A stretch of 64,000 nucleotides of DNA from an uncultured Gammaproteobacteria bacterium. GTDB lineage: Bacteria > Patescibacteriota > Microgenomatia > Levybacterales > UBA12049. The stretch is taken from assembly GCA_964497535.1 (NCBI GenBank), contig CAZCCG010000004.1, forward strand, positions 15,218 through 79,217, in the 5' to 3' direction. The notes beneath the pieces were generated by a model. It had not been told where the DNA came from and searched no databases. It saw only the letters and a program-made list of their open reading frames with translations. The position numbers and the translations under genes were made by a program. Positions 59,216-64,000 of this stretch are shown piece after piece (the stretch's first letter is position 1; every line of letters starts with the position of its first letter).

Positions 59216-59677
59216 ATGAAAAAAGTTCTACTGGGATTGGCACTATTATTGTTATTATTTATAATCGGCCTATTTATTATACTCAATAAATCTCAATTTA
59301 CTCCAAATACGCCTACTGCAAAAATAGGGGCTGCTACTTTTTCTCTGCTTATTGCGCGCCAAGAACCAGAAAGACAATTGGGGCTCTCAGGCCGGCCAAA
59401 TCTGCCACAGGATCAAGGAATGATTTTCCTTTTTGATAATCCCGATTATTACTCATTTTGGATGAGAGATATGAAATTTCCCATTGATATTATTTATATC
59501 CGTGATGGGCAAATTGTTACCATATTTCCCAATGTTATGCCTCCCCGATCACCTCAAGATACTCTTCCTATTTACAAACCTATGGCACCGGCCGATCAAG
59601 TACTGGAAATCAATGCCGGCCTCTCACGAAAATACGGCTTTAAACCAGGAGATACCGTAACTATTAAGAATCTCTAA
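59216..59677 (+). CDS. DUF192 family protein
   Basis: R..GLSGR, GMIF.F, FWMRDMKFPIDII, VLEINAG. Confidence 0.9.
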   Translation: MKKVLLGLALLLLLFIIGLFIILNKSQFTPNTPTAKIGAATFSLLIARQEPERQLGLSGRPNLPQDQGMIFLFDNPDYYSFWMRDMKFPIDIIYIRDGQIVTIFPNVMPPRSPQDTLPIYKPMAPADQVLEINAGLSRKYGFKPGDTVTIKNL

Positions 59678-59679
59678 TC

Positions 59680-60777
59680 ATGAAAATACTTGGTATTGAA
59701 ACCTCGTGTGACGAAACAGCTGCTGCAATTGTAGAGAGAAAAGATAACAATCTCCCTCTTACAATCCTTTCAAGCGTTTTATCGACCTCTCTCAATCTGC
59801 ACGCAAAAACAGGAGGTATAATTCCTGAGGTTGCGGCACGTCAACAACTCAACTATATTCTCCCGGTACTAGAAAATGTTTTGCAAACCGCCAAAATCAA
59901 GCCACAAGAATTGGACGCGATTGCAGTAACGTATGGACCGGGGTTGATTGGCTCACTCTTGGTGGGAGTAGAAACCGCAAAAACACTTTCCTATATTTGG
60001 AAAAAACCGCTTATTCCGGTAAATCACCTCTATGGACATATCTATGCAAATTGGATTTCACCCACACTGACAGAACAAATATCCTTTCCCGCTATTGCCC
60101 TGATTATTTCAGGTGGACATACAGATCTGGTATATATGGAAAGCCATGGAACACTGAAATGGATTGGGGGAACAAGAGATGATGCGGCAGGAGAATGCTT
60201 TGACAAATGCGCCAGACTTTTGGGGTATGATTATCCCGGTGGGCCTAAGATATCGCGACTGGCCATCTTTGGTAAACCGAATGCATTTTTACTTCCGAGA
60301 CCCATGATTGACAAAAGTGATTTTGACTTCTCGTTTTCTGGATTAAAAACTGCCTTTATGAGACTGGTCTATGACCATTTTCCGGTCAAAAATACATCCC
60401 CACATTCAGATAAATACCACTGGCAACACATAATATTAGAAAAAAACATGTCCGAATCTCAAAAACAAACCCTATATAATATTTGTGCATCATTAGAACA
60501 GGCCATTATCGATGTCCTCATCAAAAAAACAATGACAGCTGCTGAAAAATACAACGTAAAGAGCATACTTGTGGGTGGTGGTGTAGCCTCGAATAAAAAT
60601 TTGAGGACTCAATTAGAACTAAACGCTAAACGCTTACAACTAAACGCTGCCCTATTTGTTCCACCACCTCATCTGTGTACCGATAACGGTGCTATGATCG
60701 CGTCTGCGGCTCTCTTTCATTATCATCCTCATGACTTTGAAAATGTAACAGCAAATCCACAACTTTACTTTGACTAA
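59680..60777 (+). CDS. tsaD: tRNA N6-adenosine threonylcarbamoyltransferase TsaD
   Basis: LGIETSCDET, GPGL.GSL, NHLYGH, SGGHT, DDAAGE, SFSGLKT, CTDNGAMI. Confidence 0.97.
   Translation: MKILGIETSCDETAAAIVERKDNNLPLTILSSVLSTSLNLHAKTGGIIPEVAARQQLNYILPVLENVLQTAKIKPQELDAIAVTYGPGLIGSLLVGVETAKTLSYIWKKPLIPVNHLYGHIYANWISPTLTEQISFPAIALIISGGHTDLVYMESHGTLKWIGGTRDDAAGECFDKCARLLGYDYPGGPKISRLAIFGKPNAFLLPRPMIDKSDFDFSFSGLKTAFMRLVYDHFPVKNTSPHSDKYHWQHIILEKNMSESQKQTLYNICASLEQAIIDVLIKKTMTAAEKYNVKSILVGGGVASNKNLRTQLELNAKRLQLNAALFVPPPHLCTDNGAMIASAALFHYHPHDFENVTANPQLYFD
60617..60649. repeat. 7-nt-periodic repeat, family A copy 3, in frame inside tsaD
   Basis: aactaaacgctaaacgcttacaactaaacgctg, translated as LNAKRLQLNA. 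Confidence 0.8.
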
Positions 60778-60867
60778 CGATATTACTCTTGACATCAATT
60801 GGACTGTATCAATAATTCAAAAAGAGAATTACATCTTTAACTAAGAAAGCAATGGTATAATAACCAT

Positions 60868-61884
60868 ATGCAAAGTGAACTGCTCATTATCGCTGTCGTT
60901 CTTATTGTTGGATTTGTAATCCTCTTCTATCTTCTGAATAAAAAGATTTCCGATTTAAGCAAACCCAAAGATGATGGTGTACTCTTGGAATGGCTCAAAA
61001 GTATGCAGGTATCAATAGATACTACTCAAAAAACTCTCAATGAGGCCATGCGAACTAATTCTACAGACATGGCAAAGGTTTTACAGGAAAATTCAAAGCA
61101 ACTCAATGAGCGTTTGGATAAAGCGGCTGCAGTCATTCGGGATGTTGGAAAAGAAGTAGGACACATGAGTGAAATCGGAAGAAGCATGAAAGAACTCCAG
61201 GATTTTCTTAAAAGCCCCAAGCTTCGAGGCAATATTGGAGAACAAGTATTAAAAGATCTCATTTCCCAAATGTTTCCAAAAAATAGCTTTCATCTCCAAT
61301 ATCTTTTTAAAAATGGCGAGCGGGTTGATGCGGCAATCCAAACAGATGCGGGCATTCTGCCTATCGATTCTAAATTCCCCATGGAGAACTTTCAACGTAT
61401 GATGAAATCTCAATCAAACCCCCAGGAGTATTCTGCCATACAGAAAGATTTTACGAGGGATGTAAAGAAACATATTGACGCGATTTCAAAAAAATATATC
61501 CTCCCTGATGAAGGAACTATGGATTTTGCACTCATGTATGTACCAAGCGAATCAGTATATTATGAAGTAGTAAATGATATGACACTAATGGAATATGCAC
61601 GAAGATCGAGAGTGTATATTGTGTCTCCTTCGACATTATATGTCCATTTACAAACAATACTTTTATCTTTTGAAGGAAAAAAAATCGAATCGAAATCAAA
61701 GGAAGTTTTTAAGACTCTGCGCGCAATACAGATTGATTATGAAAAAATACAGGACAATTTGGGAATACTGGGCAGGCATTTAAATAATGCATCCTCACAA
61801 CTCCAACAAGTAACAGGAGGATTTGTACAACTCGGGCAAAAAATAAATTCCACAAAATCTCTGGAAGAAAAGATGCTCCCTTAA
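60868..61884 (+). CDS. rmuC: DNA recombination protein RmuC
   Basis: N-terminal TM, coiled coil, RGNIGE, PIDSKFP, KYI.P..GT.DFA.MY.PSE. Confidence 0.92.
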   Translation: MQSELLIIAVVLIVGFVILFYLLNKKISDLSKPKDDGVLLEWLKSMQVSIDTTQKTLNEAMRTNSTDMAKVLQENSKQLNERLDKAAAVIRDVGKEVGHMSEIGRSMKELQDFLKSPKLRGNIGEQVLKDLISQMFPKNSFHLQYLFKNGERVDAAIQTDAGILPIDSKFPMENFQRMMKSQSNPQEYSAIQKDFTRDVKKHIDAISKKYILPDEGTMDFALMYVPSESVYYEVVNDMTLMEYARRSRVYIVSPSTLYVHLQTILLSFEGKKIESKSKEVFKTLRAIQIDYEKIQDNLGILGRHLNNASSQLQQVTGGFVQLGQKINSTKSLEEKMLP

Positions 61885-61962
61885 TAGTTTCATTGAAAAC
61901 TATTTCCAGATATGCTACGGTAAATAGAGAGATAAAATATTGAAACTAAAGGAGGTGAATGA

Positions 61963-62385
61963 ATGAGTAATAAAATAATTATTGCACTGGTCGTTTTGAT
62001 TGTTGTGGTAGGAGGAATACTTCTCTTAGTAACCGGGCAAAAGAAATCTTCATCCGAGATGACGAGTTCAAACCCGTCACAACAAACGAATCCAGCCAAT
62101 AGTCCGCAAAATCAACAAAACGCTACAGTAACTCTTACCAATTCTGGTTTTGATCCTGCTACTCTTACCGTAAAGCCTGGTACTCGAGTCATATGGGTAA
62201 ATAAAATGGGGGAGGCAGCTACTGTAAATTCAGCTGAATATCCGAATAATTTGGCATATCCGCCATTAAATTTAGGCGAATTTAATACCGGATCATCAGT
62301 ACAACTTGTATTCGATAAACCAGGTACTTACAAGTACTACGATTATAAACACCGAACAAATACCGGTGTTATTATAGTCAAATAG
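61963..62385 (+). CDS. Cupredoxin-fold exported protein
   Basis: TM, F.P.TLTVKPGT.V.W.N, F.KPGTY.Y, G.IIVK; strong SD aaaggaggtga. Confidence 0.75.
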   Translation: MSNKIIIALVVLIVVVGGILLLVTGQKKSSSEMTSSNPSQQTNPANSPQNQQNATVTLTNSGFDPATLTVKPGTRVIWVNKMGEAATVNSAEYPNNLAYPPLNLGEFNTGSSVQLVFDKPGTYKYYDYKHRTNTGVIIVK

Positions 62386-62476
62386 ACGAATTAAGATACT
62401 GGAGATCGATATTTTTCATAGCTTTTTAAGAGGCATTTGTTTTTGTACCTACGCCATTATATGGTAAAATAAATGT

Positions 62477-64000
62477 ATGGCAGACTCCCCTCTTTTGAAT
62501 CCCAATCAAATAACTGCAATTGAGCATACTCAAGGACCGCTTCTTATTATTGCTGGTGCAGGTACCGGCAAGACAACCGTTGTAACAGAGCGGATCAAAC
62601 ATCTCATTCTCAAAAAAAATGTCCTCCCCTCTCAAATTTTAGCATTAACTTTTACTGAGAAAGCTGCACAAGAAATGGAAGAACGTATAGATATGGCAAT
62701 GCCATATGGCTATAGCCAAATGTGGATTCTTACCTTTCATGCTTTTTGTGACAGGATTTTACGGAATGAAGCCGTACATCTGGGACTCACTCCCTCTTAC
62801 CGGCTCATGACTGAATCCCAAAGTATCCTTTTCCTGCGTAAAAATTTATTTAAGTTTGAATTGGATTATTTCAGACCATTGGGAAATCCCCATAAGTTTT
62901 TGGAGGGAATGCTTCAACATTTCTCAAGACTTTCCGACGAAGATATAAGTCCCCAGGATTATCTGAAATACGCACAGGAAATTTCAAAGGGTGCTCATGA
63001 TGCTAATTCATCTCTTAAACCATCAGCTGATAGCATGGAAATCAAAAAAACTGTTGAACTTGCAAAAGCGTTTGCGATGTATGAAACGTTAAAAGCAGAA
63101 GCGGGAGTTATGGATTTCTCAAACCTCATTACAAATACACTTGCATTATTTCGAGAACGTCCCAATATATTAGCCAACTATCAAAAGCAATTTGAATATA
63201 TCTTAGTCGATGAATTTCAGGATACCAATTATGCCCAGAATATGTTGGCCATTTCACTGGCAGGAGATAAAAAAAATATTGCTGTTGTGGGAGACGACGA
63301 CCAAGCAATTTATCGATGGCGCGGAGCAGCTTTATCCAATATGCTTCAATTCACTTCCCATTTTCAAGATGCAAAGATTGTAACCCTAACCCAAAATTAT
63401 CGTTCCACTCAAGAAATTTTAGATAAATCCTATCAACTTATCTCTTTTAATAACCCTGATAGACTTGAAGTTCAGCAGCACATTGATAAGAAGCTTATTG
63501 CAGAAAGAAAAACCAAACAATACCCGATTGAACTGCTGTACGAAGAACGAGTTGAAGATGAGGCAGAATGTGTTACTAAAAAAATTGAAGAACTAATGCA
63601 AAAAGAGCACTATACCTATAGAGATTTTGCTATTTTAATCCGCGCCAATGATCATGCTCAACCATTTGTAAGATCATTACAACGTAGTAATATCCCCTTT
63701 CAATTTCTGGGTCCTGGTCGGCTTTTTCGGCAAGAAGAAATAAAAGACCTTATTGCGTACTTAAAAGTTTTATATGACTTTGGGGATTCTTTGTCTTTGT
63801 ATCGTCTTCTCTCCCTACCTATATTTGATATTTCTGCCCGCGATATTGCAGCCCTTATGATCGTAGCCCGCAAAAAAAATCTTTCTTTATTCGAAGCTCT
63901 GGAAAAAGCATCAGAAGAACCTGGAGATCAAAAAGAATTTCTCTCAAATGAACAAACAAGAGAAAAAATTATAACAATTTTAGAAATGCTTAGACGACAT
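62477..64000 (+). CDS. UvrD/PcrA-family ATP-dependent helicase (3' truncated by window edge; not in ORF track)
   Basis: My translation: MADSPLLNPNQ..GPLLIIAGAGTGKT, ALTFTEKAA, TFHAF, VDEFQDTN, VGDDDQAIYRWRGA, QNYRS. Confidence 0.93.
   Translation, partial: MADSPLLNPNQITAIEHTQGPLLIIAGAGTGKTTVVTERIKHLILKKNVLPSQILALTFTEKAAQEMEERIDMAMPYGYSQMWILTFHAFCDRILRNEAVHLGLTPSYRLMTESQSILFLRKNLFKFELDYFRPLGNPHKFLEGMLQHFSRLSDEDISPQDYLKYAQEISKGAHDANSSLKPSADSMEIKKTVELAKAFAMYETLKAEAGVMDFSNLITNTLALFRERPNILANYQKQFEYILVDEFQDTNYAQNMLAISLAGDKKNIAVVGDDDQAIYRWRGAALSNMLQFTSHFQDAKIVTLTQNYRSTQEILDKSYQLISFNNPDRLEVQQHIDKKLIAERKTKQYPIELLYEERVEDEAECVTKKIEELMQKEHYTYRDFAILIRANDHAQPFVRSLQRSNIPFQFLGPGRLFRQEEIKDLIAYLKVLYDFGDSLSLYRLLSLPIFDISARDIAALMIVARKKNLSLFEALEKASEEPGDQKEFLSNEQTREKIITILEMLRRH

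Noticed and set aside
2050-60649. CRISPR array
   Set aside because: The repeats are isolated single copies with no regular spacers, and no cas genes are present
349-63177. Numerous short ORFs overlapping or antisense to identified genes in the ORF track
   Set aside because: Shadow frames of well-supported genes with no motifs or initiation signals

Overview
A 64-kb AT-rich bacterial chromosomal segment in standard code 11 (TGA used as stop). The gene set suggests a Patescibacteria/CPR (Microgenomates-like) organism: class I LysRS, short TsaB and SufD, DUF3048/DUF4446, VanW, and extended -10 promoters placed directly before ATG. This assignment is inference. The window holds housekeeping genes (secD/secF, secA, prfB, serS, lysS, greA, tsaB/C/D/E, ftsEX, uvrD, rmuC), a 12-kb nucleotide-sugar/glycosylation cluster, and an Rrf2-sufCBDS...sufU-ferredoxin-2-oxoacid:ferredoxin oxidoreductase block. 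The strongest unexplained signal lies inside the SUF block. Two GC-rich minus-strand units (about 13240-13980 and 14510-15355) share the same order of modules: promoter, 5' hairpin with U-tract, long hairpin, TGGAGAAAGG motif, GC-rich variable cargo, long GC hairpin, and a homologous ~100-nt 3' domain closed by GCGCCG/CGGCGC. Their G-U pairing bias points to minus-strand single-stranded structure. Other signals missing from the ORF track are a classical leader-peptide attenuator (MNSIFITKTSKKQPF) upstream of aspartokinase, a 22-aa Lys/Arg-rich micropeptide gene with a perfect SD, a 47-aa zinc-ribbon gene, a greA leader terminator, and dispersed 7-nt-periodic mini-repeats that also sit in frame inside genes. 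I saw no rRNA, tRNA, CRISPR array, integrase or transposase.
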